From IMG/VR virus record IMGVR_UViG_3300044742_000102: a DNA stretch of 64,000 bases; one strand, written 5' to 3'. The position numbers and the translations under genes are program-made. Under the pieces are notes generated by a model that did not search any database, had not been told where the DNA came from, and saw only the letters and a list, made by a program, of their open reading frames with translations. Below are positions 27,289 through 36,572 of this stretch, piece by piece. This stretch comes from a virus. Position 1 is the first letter of the stretch. Each line of letters begins with the position of its first letter.

Positions 27289-27835
27289 ACATTTCTAGAG
27301 CTTTACGGGGTAGTTCTGATATCCCACATGATCGACTGCCTGTAAGTAGCGTGCCTCTTCGATATTGGTAAGCCTGCTCCCAGCTATGACTGTTAGGGTT
27401 TTCATCTTCCTCAGCCTCTTTGTCAGCATAGAGATTATCCATATGTTCATTAACCAGATCGGGAATACGCTCGATGGCATACCATAGCTTGTGCCATGTA
27501 AGCTCTGCCTCATCTGCACGAGCATGGCTGTTCTGTGCTGCTTGTACAGTTACATCGTACCGTTGCTGGAGTAGTTTGTTTGCTTCATGAGCCTCAACGA
27601 GTTCTCGTAACATCTGTCTATCAGATTTTTCTAGTTCTGCAATACGTGCGTGTAGCTTCATATTCTCCGATGCTGTACTATACAACGCAGCATTATTACC
27701 CCGCTCGTAGCACTCATTTGCAAACTCTCCTAGAACATTGTACTGCTCTGTCCAGTTCGTACCGCTATTGTGTAGATCACTCAGCACATCGATAATGAAC
27801 TCAGTTGGTATGTAGTTTTCTCGAAGTATGCTCAT
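27272..27835 (-). CDS. hypothetical protein
   Basis: 187-aa ORF. Its 3' end shares DNA with an alternative-frame SLOG fragment. Confidence 0.5.
   Translation of the reverse strand: MSILRENYIPTEFIIDVLSDLHNSGTNWTEQYNVLGEFANECYERGNNAALYSTASENMKLHARIAELEKSDRQMLRELVEAHEANKLLQQRYDVTVQAAQNSHARADEAELTWHKLWYAIERIPDLVNEHMDNLYADKEAEEDENPNSHSWEQAYQYRRGTLLTGSRSCGISELPRKALEMFDDHD
27295..27405 (-). pseudogene. truncated paralogue of the SLOG/DUF2493 N-terminus, in an alternative frame
   Basis: MKTLTVIAGSRLTNIEEARYLQAVDHVGY... compares with MKEITVIAGSRL...YEQRYVAAFDQVEY of gene 26682..27074. About 35 nt of DNA similarity is also visible. Confidence 0.45.
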
Positions 27836-28053
27836 TCTGACATCCTCTTTATGTATTCATAACGGAATCCGTTCTCTTTACCCACTTCGATGCCTTTGTC
27901 ATACCCAGCACCCCATGTGAGTCGTGCCAGTCTGAGGTGTTCCGTAGAGAGTGTATCCAACCAATCACGTATCTCTTCCTGCACAGCTTCCTTTTCCTCA
28001 TCTGTTTCAGGCCAGTCACCCAAGTTATCTATGTATGTCATATATCTAACCAC
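27832..28053 (-). CDS. hypothetical protein
   Basis: 73-aa ORF. Confidence 0.5.
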   Translation of the reverse strand: MVRYMTYIDNLGDWPETDEEKEAVQEEIRDWLDTLSTEHLRLARLTWGAGYDKGIEVGKENGFRYEYIKRMSE

Positions 28054-28247
28054 ACCACTTCTGTTTGTCCGTTATGCCCGTGTACTGCTTCAATATAGCT
28101 GATCGATGGATACAGGTTATAGCTGGTGTACTCAGTCAGCCATGTCATCGCGCACATGCCATTTGTGAAGCGTACTCCCTCAGCGACAACCCCCGTTCCT
28201 GAAATACCTGATGTATCCTTGTGTCTGAGCAGTATGAACCTCTTCAT
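28038..28247 (-). CDS. hypothetical protein
   Basis: Internal ATG giving MKRFILLRHKDTSGISGTGVVAEGVRF.... The longer track ORF overlaps the upstream gene. Confidence 0.45.
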   Translation of the reverse strand: MKRFILLRHKDTSGISGTGVVAEGVRFTNGMCAMTWLTEYTSYNLYPSISYIEAVHGHNGQTEVVWLDI

Positions 28248-28773
28248 CTGTGACTTGTTCGAGGATTTCGACAAGTCTATCGATTGGTCTGAATCGATAG
28301 GCTGGTATGCCGTTACGTAACTCTGTTCTCCCCGATTTGCTTCCTGATACGGGTATCTCAATGACATATGCGTTCATAGCCTCCTTTGGCAAGTACCCCA
28401 CAAGCTCCAATACACTATACGGCTCTACCCAGAGTCCAACCACACCATAGTCATCATGGAAGGTCTCTGGCTGTTGTTTGGGTGGATAGAGGAAGTCTGG
28501 TCGGAGGTCTCCATGTCGTGTCTTGACACTAAGGGTGATATCCCCCCTCCACAAGTCTCTACGGTGACCATCCCCCCTACCCATGTGCAACCACGGGTCA
28601 AACATGCAGCCGAGAGCCTTTGCCATTGCAAACTCCCCAGCTATGCCCATCTCGACTACCCGCAGGTTGCTATAGCGGGATACCTGCTTGGTGTTCCACT
28701 TCTTTGCCATAACCCGTATCTCAGCCTGTTCTCGTATGAATGCCTGTTCTTCCTTAGTCAGATAGGAGAGCAT
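28180..28773 (-). CDS. putative PD-(D/E)XK-like nuclease
   Basis: GIAGEFAMAKALG...GDGHRRDL...ITLSVKTR resembles a restriction-endonuclease-like core. The ATG at 28773 lies 5 nt after the palindrome at 28778-28793. Confidence 0.4.
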   Translation of the reverse strand: MLSYLTKEEQAFIREQAEIRVMAKKWNTKQVSRYSNLRVVEMGIAGEFAMAKALGCMFDPWLHMGRGDGHRRDLWRGDITLSVKTRHGDLRPDFLYPPKQQPETFHDDYGVVGLWVEPYSVLELVGYLPKEAMNAYVIEIPVSGSKSGRTELRNGIPAYRFRPIDRLVEILEQVTDEEVHTAQTQGYIRYFRNGGCR

Positions 28774-28777
28774 TGGG

Positions 28778-28793
28778 AAGTTTCTAGAAACTT
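28778..28793. repeat. GTTTC-TA-GAAAC family palindrome
   Basis: AAGTTTCTAGAAACTT, a perfect 16-mer. Confidence 0.8.
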
Positions 28794-29182
28794 GCATTGT
28801 TCTGTGCGACTCCCTCATCTACGCACTCTTGGAGCATGGTTGTTAGCTGTACATTCAGTGCAGATATGGCCTGTATCACCTGAAAGAGTGTTGCGATAGC
28901 CTGTCGTTCGAGATACAGATCATATGCATGTGGCACAGATAGGTCCATTTCTCCTTTGGGACAGTCACAGGTTGGGAATACTGCTTCTGGTAGCTGGTGA
29001 TGCGTGGCTGGACCAGCGGGATGTGTTAACGTATACTCACCAGCACCATGATAGAAGATCGGATAGTTGCATACGGGACACGAACCCGACTTATAGAACC
29101 CACTTGGAGGGTCAGGATTGAGTACCTGACCCTGCAAGTTAACGAGTTTACCCATCCACAGGCTCATTTCCTTCTGTGCCAT
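28784..29182 (-). CDS. hypothetical protein
   Basis: 132-aa ORF. Confidence 0.5.
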   Translation of the reverse strand: MAQKEMSLWMGKLVNLQGQVLNPDPPSGFYKSGSCPVCNYPIFYHGAGEYTLTHPAGPATHHQLPEAVFPTCDCPKGEMDLSVPHAYDLYLERQAIATLFQVIQAISALNVQLTTMLQECVDEGVAQNNASF

Positions 29183-29591
29183 CTAAACATGCGGTTGAAG
29201 AGGCATCTACGAACGCATGTAACTCTTCTCCAAGGGGTTGTTCTGTCCCTGCAAGTGGGTTTGTGACCCCAAACACGAGATTTCCATCCTGATCGTAGAC
29301 ACCGGGTGGTCTAGCACCCCCAAATGACCCAATTTTGGCATCAAGCTGGTCAATACGCTCCTGAATGTCGTAGAGTTCCCCATCAGAGTAGTTAAATAGG
29401 TCTTCTTGGACCTCTTCATGCTCATCGAACTCATCTTCGAGTGCTTCAAGCGCGTTCCAGAGTGGTCTGCTCATCAAATATGAGGCTGCAATCGCTATAA
29501 TGACCGCTAACAGGGCTGCTACTGCAATTTCCACTATTCTACTCCTTCGTTTTGGTATTGTCCAGCATACAATGAGCTTGCTAGCGCACAT
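29148..29591 (-). CDS. membrane-anchored hypothetical protein
   Basis: TM segment IVEIAVAALLAVIIAIAASYLM. Confidence 0.5.
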   Translation of the reverse strand: MCASKLIVCWTIPKRRSRIVEIAVAALLAVIIAIAASYLMSRPLWNALEALEDEFDEHEEVQEDLFNYSDGELYDIQERIDQLDAKIGSFGGARPPGVYDQDGNLVFGVTNPLAGTEQPLGEELHAFVDASSTACLDGTEGNEPVDG

Positions 29592-30274
29592 GGAACCATA
29601 ACCATGTGGCCGATACGAGTACCTACCTCGATATTGAATCCATGTGTGTTATGTACTATCAGACTAGACTTACTTACACCTTGATAGCCTGCATCCCATA
29701 CCGCTGTTCCCATATCAACCCCACAACGCAGCAGGGAGCTTCTGGGCCACATCAAGCCCATATAGTTGGCTGGAATCTTAACGAGTTCCTCAAATTCGAC
29801 CAGATACATGCCGGGATCGAGATGATACATGTTACTGGTCGGTACGATGCGTGTATACCTCGGCAAACTCTTATCATCCTGCCAGAGTGTCCCATATCCG
29901 TACATTTTATAGATTTGACTCAGTGTGAAGTCATATCCAACCGGTGTTTCGTGTGTAGAGCGGTACGGATCAACAATATCGATCCAGCCTAGCTCTGCTG
30001 GTATAAACCGCTCATTATCGTAGAGCAGGTTAACTCCACCGGGATGTAGGTTGAGTTGTCGGCCAAAATTCCACTCATTCCGCGATGGTGTTTGGTGTTC
30101 TTGCTGGGAAGCGTGTATCTTCTCTGTACGGTCTCGTTCTTCCGTGTCCATCAACTGCTGGCTCATTTCTAGTCTGTCTGTCACCAGAGATAGGCTCCAT
30201 CGAGGTCTGTAGCCTCTCCACACCTTCCTCAGTTGGAGCTTCGTTATGCGGTTCCACATTTTCGACCATAGCAC
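29534..30274 (-). CDS. dCTP deaminase / dUTPase-superfamily protein
   Basis: PRSSLLRCGVDMGTAVWDAGYQGVSKSSLIVHN and C-terminal YAGQYQNE match Dcd/dUTPase beta-barrel motifs. The start is uncertain, with in-frame ATGs at 30166 and 30151. Confidence 0.65.
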   Translation of the reverse strand: MLWSKMWNRITKLQLRKVWRGYRPRWSLSLVTDRLEMSQQLMDTEERDRTEKIHASQQEHQTPSRNEWNFGRQLNLHPGGVNLLYDNERFIPAELGWIDIVDPYRSTHETPVGYDFTLSQIYKMYGYGTLWQDDKSLPRYTRIVPTSNMYHLDPGMYLVEFEELVKIPANYMGLMWPRSSLLRCGVDMGTAVWDAGYQGVSKSSLIVHNTHGFNIEVGTRIGHMVMVPCALASSLYAGQYQNEGVE

Positions 30275-30686
30275 GGTAGGTTTCCTCTGTTATCACCAAC
30301 TCCCTATCACGATCATTGAATACGGCCATGTAGGTCGTAACCGGGTGAGCAGCGAGTCCAGCCCCTTCCGATTCTTCGATTATGGCCGGATCGAGTACCC
30401 CATCCTCATAGAAGGCTCGTACTGGTGCGGAATGGGTGAATGCGATGATCTGGGTGTCCATTGTGTGCCCAGCGATGGATGCAAGCGATGTGGGGAAGGG
30501 TCCGAGGGGTATACCCACGATCTGTTCGATTTCGAGCAGTTGTTCGTGGGTCAGCGGTAGTAGTTCTTCAACTGGCTCTATTATACCAGATTCGGGTTCG
30601 TTTGTCAAGCCCAATTCTCCATCGGGAGCATTAGGCAAGGGGATCAGTCGAATGACCGGATTCCTATCCATTTGGGATGCTCCCAT
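30075..30686 (-). CDS. hypothetical protein
   Basis: 203-aa ORF. It contains a perfect internal promoter and overlaps the Dcd-like ORF. Confidence 0.4.
   Translation of the reverse strand: MGASQMDRNPVIRLIPLPNAPDGELGLTNEPESGIIEPVEELLPLTHEQLLEIEQIVGIPLGPFPTSLASIAGHTMDTQIIAFTHSAPVRAFYEDGVLDPAIIEESEGAGLAAHPVTTYMAVFNDRDRELVITEETYRAMVENVEPHNEAPTEEGVERLQTSMEPISGDRQTRNEPAVDGHGRTRPYREDTRFPARTPNTIAE
30580..30608 (-). promoter_or_regulatory. perfect sigma70-consensus promoter (TTGACA, 17-nt spacer, TATAAT)
   Basis: - strand: gCTTGACAAACgaacccgaatctggTATAATaga. It shares the extended CTTGACAAAC -35 element with the promoters at 46697 and 47368. Confidence 0.75.
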
Positions 30687-30897
30687 CCCCGATAATGAGT
30701 TCTACCTCAGCCAGCGTGGCTACCTTGACAATCATGCCGTTTCCTACGTTGACAGCGTAGCCATCGCGCTCTCGAACGACTCTGGAGCGTACTGCTGGTG
30801 CTTTGAGCCATTCTACGCTAGGTCGCTCCGTTTCGTTGCGTAGATCGTATCCACTGGTTATTTCGTATTCTGAGTTTTCTAGAAAACTTATTTCCAT
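30664..30897 (-). CDS. hypothetical protein
   Basis: GGAGG RBS. 77 aa. Codons 4-9 carry the palindrome at 30873-30888. Confidence 0.55.
   Translation of the reverse strand: MEISFLENSEYEITSGYDLRNETERPSVEWLKAPAVRSRVVRERDGYAVNVGNGMIVKVATLAEVELIIGDGSIPNG
30873..30888. repeat. GTTTTC-TA-GAAAAC family palindrome
   Basis: AGTTTTCTAGAAAACT, a perfect 16-mer. Confidence 0.8.
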
Positions 30898-30906
30898 TCT
30901 AGCCTC

Positions 30907-30990
30907 CTAGGCCGGTAATGCGCTAATAAACGCGGCAGCGATGAAAAACAGGATTATTCCAACAAGTATCGTTCGAATGTGTTCATTCAT
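30907..30990 (-). CDS. 27-aa TM micro-protein
   Basis: MNEHIRTILVGIILFFIAAAFISALPA. ATGA overlap with the RNR stop codon. Confidence 0.35.
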   Translation of the reverse strand: MNEHIRTILVGIILFFIAAAFISALPA

Positions 30991-33044
30991 CTTGAAAAAT
31001 CAATTTCGCACGAATTGCCATCACAATAGCGGTTATCAATACCATCACTACCCCCGTAATCACTCCAGTCAACCACAGGAGTAATTTCCTTACACCTTCG
31101 TTCATATTCTTCTGCCGTAATCCCTTCATATGGTGCCTGCTCATACATCTTGTGTTCATCGTTATTTACGAGAAATGATAGTGCTTTGACTACGGGAAGC
31201 GTTTGGCTGACAACAGCTTCAAGTTGTCCAATCTCTCGTAGTCCAACAGTACCAGTAAAGGATACGGCATTGTCGGCCCACACTCGTTGCAAGAAAGCTG
31301 CAATGCTAGCCTGCTCCCAGATACTAACTTGATCGACAGAACGTGTTCTTCCCCTTCCGGCCGATTGCATAGGGAACTGAAAGGAATAGCTGCCAGTTGG
31401 ATCGGTGGCAAGGGGTTCATAGGGCACTCCTGCTTCTATTAAGCGTTCCACGGCAGGGTCGGTTTGGGCAAATGTAATTCTGCGAATGAAGGTCTTCTTG
31501 ACCGGGTGATGGACACCGGGTGATACCCACGGTAGGAGACTGACCGTTCCAGATGGTTTGACCGTTGTGAGTCTGATGCTGTTCGGTACACCGGCTTCAC
31601 TCGCAAGCAGAGTATTACTATTTCTGACAGTATCGTACCCATCATCGAGCCAACGATGAATATATGAGAAGGGGGTGGAGTCGATCCAGTCTGCAATACC
31701 CGATACCGATACCCCGATCCTCCGATTCTGGGCAACGACCGCATTGGTGTCGTAATCGTGTGATGGCAACAGTGCGACCGTTGATGCAAAAAAGGTAGCA
31801 GCTTCCAATATGTCGTGCCACTCCGCTTTGCTTGTAATGCGCGTTGGGAATGTCTCAACAAGATTACATAGCTCCTTACTATAGAGTGGAATCTCCCCAC
31901 AGGGATTCATTCCTGTCGCAAAGTCTTCTCTGAGGAAGGGGTTGCCATTCCCAACTTTATCACGATATCTTCCCCTCGTCCGTATGTTTCGAGCATTAAT
32001 GAATCCGGGTTCACCACGACCTTCCACCCCGATAATATGTGATACAAGGTCAGGGATTCGTTCGAAGTCTGCATCATTATCCATCCAAACGGAATTATTG
32101 GACATGTAACTATGTCCTGCACGATGCGCGTAATCTCCGGGTATCCAGAGTCCATCCTTATCCTCGTGTCCTATATCCTTCATAGAAACGAATATATCAT
32201 CGCTTGGTGAGCCAATAGCTATCTCTGCGCTTCTGCGTACGTTACCTGCAATGACACAAACACCTATCAGGTTCATTATATCGGCTGTAAGCTCCGTACC
32301 GACCATCTGTCGGCCTGAATTGACCGCTTGGTCCAGTAGCTCTCTCACCCTGTTGTGCAGGGCTATCATTGGCTCTGGACCGCTTGCAATGCCTCCAAAC
32401 CCACGAATCAGGCTACCCTTCGGTCGTACCTCGCTATAATCGAAGAATACGGGCTGGAGACCAAACTCGTAGCTGGCAACAAGCTGTCGGGTTGCCTCTA
32501 CCCAACCTTCCCTCGAATCAGGGACCACATAGACAGTCGGCTCCCCGCGAGGTCTTGCAAGAAGGGCTGTGACCATAGGGACAGAGAATCCGACTCCAAC
32601 GCCCAACATCAAGTGATCCATTAACCAAGCAGAGGCTTCTGAAAGACTGCCCGACTCCACAAATCCGCAATTGTTCAGTGCAGCATTGCCCCTCTTGTAG
32701 ACATAATCTGTGCCCATTGCATAGAGCGAACGACCGGGTGGTAGCCATTTCATCGCAAACATCTGTCGTGCGTAGTGTTGTGCTCGTAACTGCCATTCTC
32801 GATCATCCCATCTTCTACCGATGAGCGTATACCATGACTTACGAATATTCATGATTCCTTCGATGTTACGCTGGATTACGTGGTGCCAATGCTCCTGCAC
32901 ACCAAATGGTGACTGTTCTGGACCTCTACTATAGGTGCGGTAGAAGGTTGCCTGACTGAGCAGCCCTCCACCCCACGGAACCGGTGTTTCCTCTAATTCT
33001 TGTATAAACCCCTTATCTAGATGGAAGGTCTGCTCTACCCACAT
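30987..33044 (-). CDS. nrdJ: class II (adenosylcobalamin-dependent) ribonucleotide reductase
   Basis: NPCGEIPL active-site motif, TTVKPSGTVS, and a C-terminal CDGNSC cysteine pair. 685 aa. Confidence 0.8.
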   Translation of the reverse strand: MWVEQTFHLDKGFIQELEETPVPWGGGLLSQATFYRTYSRGPEQSPFGVQEHWHHVIQRNIEGIMNIRKSWYTLIGRRWDDREWQLRAQHYARQMFAMKWLPPGRSLYAMGTDYVYKRGNAALNNCGFVESGSLSEASAWLMDHLMLGVGVGFSVPMVTALLARPRGEPTVYVVPDSREGWVEATRQLVASYEFGLQPVFFDYSEVRPKGSLIRGFGGIASGPEPMIALHNRVRELLDQAVNSGRQMVGTELTADIMNLIGVCVIAGNVRRSAEIAIGSPSDDIFVSMKDIGHEDKDGLWIPGDYAHRAGHSYMSNNSVWMDNDADFERIPDLVSHIIGVEGRGEPGFINARNIRTRGRYRDKVGNGNPFLREDFATGMNPCGEIPLYSKELCNLVETFPTRITSKAEWHDILEAATFFASTVALLPSHDYDTNAVVAQNRRIGVSVSGIADWIDSTPFSYIHRWLDDGYDTVRNSNTLLASEAGVPNSIRLTTVKPSGTVSLLPWVSPGVHHPVKKTFIRRITFAQTDPAVERLIEAGVPYEPLATDPTGSYSFQFPMQSAGRGRTRSVDQVSIWEQASIAAFLQRVWADNAVSFTGTVGLREIGQLEAVVSQTLPVVKALSFLVNNDEHKMYEQAPYEGITAEEYERRCKEITPVVDWSDYGGSDGIDNRYCDGNSCEIDFSR

Positions 33045-33372
33045 TATTATCTAATTCCTCTGCTAGAATCCACGAATCGTTGTTTTCTGCGAATGCCTTC
33101 GCTGCTTCGATCATTAGCGGTGTTCGTTTTCTTTCTACCGGTCTTGGTTTGTCTAAGAGTGGGTCATCCGGTGAAAGTTCTTTTAACCTGTTTCGTAGTG
33201 CTGTTGTGTGTCTATATAGCTCATCCCAACAGTTAGGTATCCTCCATTCGAGAATACGTATAGCTGTATCTATATCCTGCCGAGTGCCGTATGTCATCGT
33301 AATACAGTTAACCGCATTCCTACGATAGTTGTTATACTCTCTCTGGAGTTGCCATAGTGCGCTATCCTTCAC
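33013..33372 (-). CDS. hypothetical protein
   Basis: 119-aa ORF. Confidence 0.5.
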   Translation of the reverse strand: MKDSALWQLQREYNNYRRNAVNCITMTYGTRQDIDTAIRILEWRIPNCWDELYRHTTALRNRLKELSPDDPLLDKPRPVERKRTPLMIEAAKAFAENNDSWILAEELDNNVGRADLPSR

Positions 33373-33629
33373 TACAGTTGTTCCAGTTCTCGCAAAAAGC
33401 GCATCACGAATTTATGTGCTTCCGGTTCTCCGTGATTCCAGTATAGAATACGTTCTTCTGCGCGTAGAAGACCACGCACATGGGCAATGCCGTTATGGTA
33501 TCCATTCACTAGACCCTCTTCGTTGCCTTCATCATAGCCCCTCTGCCAGTCACCCTCACTACAGTAGCACTCACAGGTACAATCATCGAGTCCATCCTGA
33601 TAGCCATCTTCGTATCGATCATCATCCAT
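33372..33629 (-). CDS. hypothetical protein
   Basis: 85-aa ORF with an acidic, Cys-containing N-terminus. Confidence 0.5.
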   Translation of the reverse strand: MDDDRYEDGYQDGLDDCTCECYCSEGDWQRGYDEGNEEGLVNGYHNGIAHVRGLLRAEERILYWNHGEPEAHKFVMRFLRELEQL

Positions 33630-33637
33630 AATATCCT

Positions 33638-35212
33638 CTATACTAGGTCTGGGTAGACCGCACCAATTTCCTTAGCCTCAGCGAGTGCTGTTACACGCTC
33701 GTGTGGCAGAAGGTTACGAATAAAGAATGGATCGTTCTCTGGTACTCCATGTGGTAGTCCAAGTGGGTAGCAGGCCATGCAGCCACGCTCAGTGAACTGC
33801 ACATAGCGTAGTATACCATCCACGTGCATCCGCACCATACCGCTTGCTAGGAGTCCGTAGGCTGAATAGAACTGGTCACCGAGTGCTTGGAACTTCTCAT
33901 AGAAGGGTCCGATAACATAGAAGGTGAGGTTGTTCCACTGATTCGTAAGGGGTATACCCGGCCCGGATGGATGATACTCTCCCGGTGGTTGTGGTGGATT
34001 GGAACCGGGGATAGGGATATGCTCCATGTTGAACCATGCTGTGAGGAAGGCATCGACTGCCTTCTGGTTGAAGTCTCCCTGGTTGATAATGGCACGATCT
34101 GCCGGACATGTATGACATCCGTGCTCTATGATTGTTCGCGTTGTAGTCGCTTTGAGACCCACTGACTGAGAGAAAACCCCCAACCTGTCTCCAGCCGCTC
34201 CCACTGCCGTTCGTTTTTCAGACATTCCTCCATCCCCATATGCAGGCATTCCTGTTCGAGCGGTGAAATCTGGAATCCATAGCGGTCTAAATACGTCCCG
34301 TACGTCCGTGTCAAGATCATTTGTCCAATCTGGGTAGATGCAAAATACACCCCTACCCGCATTACTATTTCCTGAAAGTCCCTGAAAGTGAACCTCGACC
34401 AACATATCAGCTACCCAGCCGTTGTTGGCCCATCCTTGTACCTCGCGCACCGCTGCACCCAGATTCCCCGGATAGTCTCCTAGTCCATCGTTGGGTGTGT
34501 AGCAGCGCACATCAACACCCCACGCTCGTGCGGTATCGACATAACACTTTGTCAGTGGTCCGGTGAGTGACTTCTCTGTCGCGTTCCCACCACTACTATT
34601 GTGGTGACCAGCACCAATCGCTAGCTTCAATACACGGGGCATAATCCCTCCATCTGCGGCAACCATGTTGCCCCTGCGTACAATTTCCTTTGGATAGTGG
34701 TCACCCGCTTCGGCCCAATTGCCGTTGCCTAGATCACCGATCTGTGAACATACTCCTGCCTTCCCCGCTCCAACTGCGATCCAGTAGCGGTGTGATGCGT
34801 TCCAATATTCCTGTAGTGTTGTGGGCCATTTATCCTTTGTACCACGAAAATAGATACTCAAATGTGCGAATATAGCCAATACACCATCATCGATGTTGTC
34901 GAAGAATTCACCCTTGACACCACCACCTGTGGTGCCTAGACCACCAAAGTTAAACTGCTCTGGGTCTACATCACCAGTAAAACGAAAATAGTTAGTCTCT
35001 TCAAACATCAATCCAGTGGCAGTTCTACCATCGAAGCTGAACTCACGCGATCTACGTGCTGTTTGGAGTGCAATCGCTTCTATCTGTGTGCGGGTATAGG
35101 CTGGCTGTCTACCCTCCGCATAGACCGCGTTGACAAAAGAATCTGGGTCAATCCCGAATCCGGTAGCAAGTGGGTAGGTTGTTAAGCTAATCGGATTGAC
35201 TGCTGCGCTCAT
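33638..35212 (-). CDS. peptidoglycan hydrolase: N-acetylmuramoyl-L-alanine amidase (Amidase_3-like) with a possible N-terminal glucosaminidase-like domain
   Basis: LAIGAGHHNSSGGNATEKS...MLVEVHFQG...GRGVF fits the Amidase_3 H/E/H pattern. The N-terminal FEETNYFRF...NFGGLG is weakly GH73-like. Confidence 0.55.
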   Translation of the reverse strand: MSAAVNPISLTTYPLATGFGIDPDSFVNAVYAEGRQPAYTRTQIEAIALQTARRSREFSFDGRTATGLMFEETNYFRFTGDVDPEQFNFGGLGTTGGGVKGEFFDNIDDGVLAIFAHLSIYFRGTKDKWPTTLQEYWNASHRYWIAVGAGKAGVCSQIGDLGNGNWAEAGDHYPKEIVRRGNMVAADGGIMPRVLKLAIGAGHHNSSGGNATEKSLTGPLTKCYVDTARAWGVDVRCYTPNDGLGDYPGNLGAAVREVQGWANNGWVADMLVEVHFQGLSGNSNAGRGVFCIYPDWTNDLDTDVRDVFRPLWIPDFTARTGMPAYGDGGMSEKRTAVGAAGDRLGVFSQSVGLKATTTRTIIEHGCHTCPADRAIINQGDFNQKAVDAFLTAWFNMEHIPIPGSNPPQPPGEYHPSGPGIPLTNQWNNLTFYVIGPFYEKFQALGDQFYSAYGLLASGMVRMHVDGILRYVQFTERGCMACYPLGLPHGVPENDPFFIRNLLPHERVTALAEAKEIGAVYPDLV

Positions 35213-35460
35213 AACGATGCTCCTTCCTCTATATCATCATTACTACCCGGCATGTATATGGGTGTAATGCCGTGTTGGTGCAAAACCAAATAGAGAAAAC
35301 TGCGTTCTTGTACCAACTCCAACGCACGAACATAGATATTACGTAGCTGGATGATTTCGGTCATCATTTCCGTGGGGTTCATATTTTCAACTGGTTTGAA
35401 CACAACCTTAGAAGGTTGGGACATGGATTCTCTCCTTTCGTAATGTTTGACCTGTTTCAT
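35209..35460 (-). CDS. hypothetical protein
   Basis: 83-aa ORF. Confidence 0.5.
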   Translation of the reverse strand: MKQVKHYERRESMSQPSKVVFKPVENMNPTEMMTEIIQLRNIYVRALELVQERSFLYLVLHQHGITPIYMPGSNDDIEEGASL

Positions 35461-35722
35461 CCATAACTACATAATCCTGCCATGAGCGTATCCAGTCTAC
35501 CATGATAACTCCACCGGTAAGCATCGTGAACTCACAGGCTACTCTGCCAGCTTGATCTATGAGCATGTGACAGTCTGCCATGATTACGAGCCGGTAGGGT
35601 AGCTCTTTCCGTTTTGATTCATCACACCATATGATTTCATTGAGCAGGATATCCAGCACGACATTTTGGGCACTTCTCCACTCTATGATGTTATCTATCT
35701 CTGGATCGAGTGTATAGCGCAT
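35408..35722 (-). CDS. hypothetical protein
   Basis: 104-aa ORF. Confidence 0.5.
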   Translation of the reverse strand: MRYTLDPEIDNIIEWRSAQNVVLDILLNEIIWCDESKRKELPYRLVIMADCHMLIDQAGRVACEFTMLTGGVIMVDWIRSWQDYVVMDETGQTLRKERIHVPTF

Positions 35723-35723
35723 A

Positions 35724-36521
35724 CTACTTCCCCTCTAGGGCAAGTTCCTGACAGCGTTGCTGTAGTGGGCAGAATCGACATACATCCCACTCAGGATCGT
35801 AGTGTTCCTGTGGAAGCTCTCCGGTGACCTCATACCATGCCAGCGGCTCTGCTAGTTCACATGCGTGGTGGTAGAGGTCTTCCATATCCCATATTGGGCA
35901 CTCCACCAATCTGCGAGTTACGTTCTTCTTGCCTTCGCTCTTAACATACCAAATGTAAAGATGATCTACAGGAACATTCTGCCAGCGTAGCATCATACCA
36001 TATAGGTTAATTTGGAGTACATGACTGTCGTACGGAAGTTGCCGTGTGGTGCGCTGCTTCGTGGCTGTGTCGTAGTATACGAAGTCACCAATGGTCTTCC
36101 AGTCATATAGACTACGGTACTCACTGTCCCAATAATCAGCGGTACCTTGCATTTTCATGGTGTATGGTTGCCCATCTCTTAGCTGGAAACGAAGGTCCAT
36201 CTCTAGATATATCTCTGACTGTCCTGAATCATGTGCTCTACGGTCTCCTGCTATCTCCCGATGATATGCATTTCCCGTGAAGGTAGTCCAAGCAGCTTCG
36301 AGGTCTTGGCTATACGGTTCCAAGCGTTTGAGAACCCTCTGCCTCGCGCAACCCCCAGCAGAACTAGGGGATAGCCAGTCACCATCGACACGCTCGTTGT
36401 GCATCGCTTGTAAAACAGGAGCCGGGAATTTTTGGAACTCTCCGTTCTTTCGTGCCATATCTAAGGCTTCCTGATATGATACCTGTGTTCCATCTTTGCA
36501 TGTCCACCCGATTGATGGCAT
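35724..36521 (-). CDS. Cas4/RecB-like PD-(D/E)XK exonuclease with Fe-S cysteine cluster
   Basis: N-terminal GGCARQ, LYDWKT (D-x-K), the Q-x-x-x-Y motif in HVLQINLYG, and C-terminal CRFCPLQQRC. Confidence 0.75.
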   Translation of the reverse strand: MPSIGWTCKDGTQVSYQEALDMARKNGEFQKFPAPVLQAMHNERVDGDWLSPSSAGGCARQRVLKRLEPYSQDLEAAWTTFTGNAYHREIAGDRRAHDSGQSEIYLEMDLRFQLRDGQPYTMKMQGTADYWDSEYRSLYDWKTIGDFVYYDTATKQRTTRQLPYDSHVLQINLYGMMLRWQNVPVDHLYIWYVKSEGKKNVTRRLVECPIWDMEDLYHHACELAEPLAWYEVTGELPQEHYDPEWDVCRFCPLQQRCQELALEGK

Positions 36522-36572
36522 ACTAAATTCCCTCGCGTTCGTTACTGCATCTTGTACATATTTGTGATAGCA

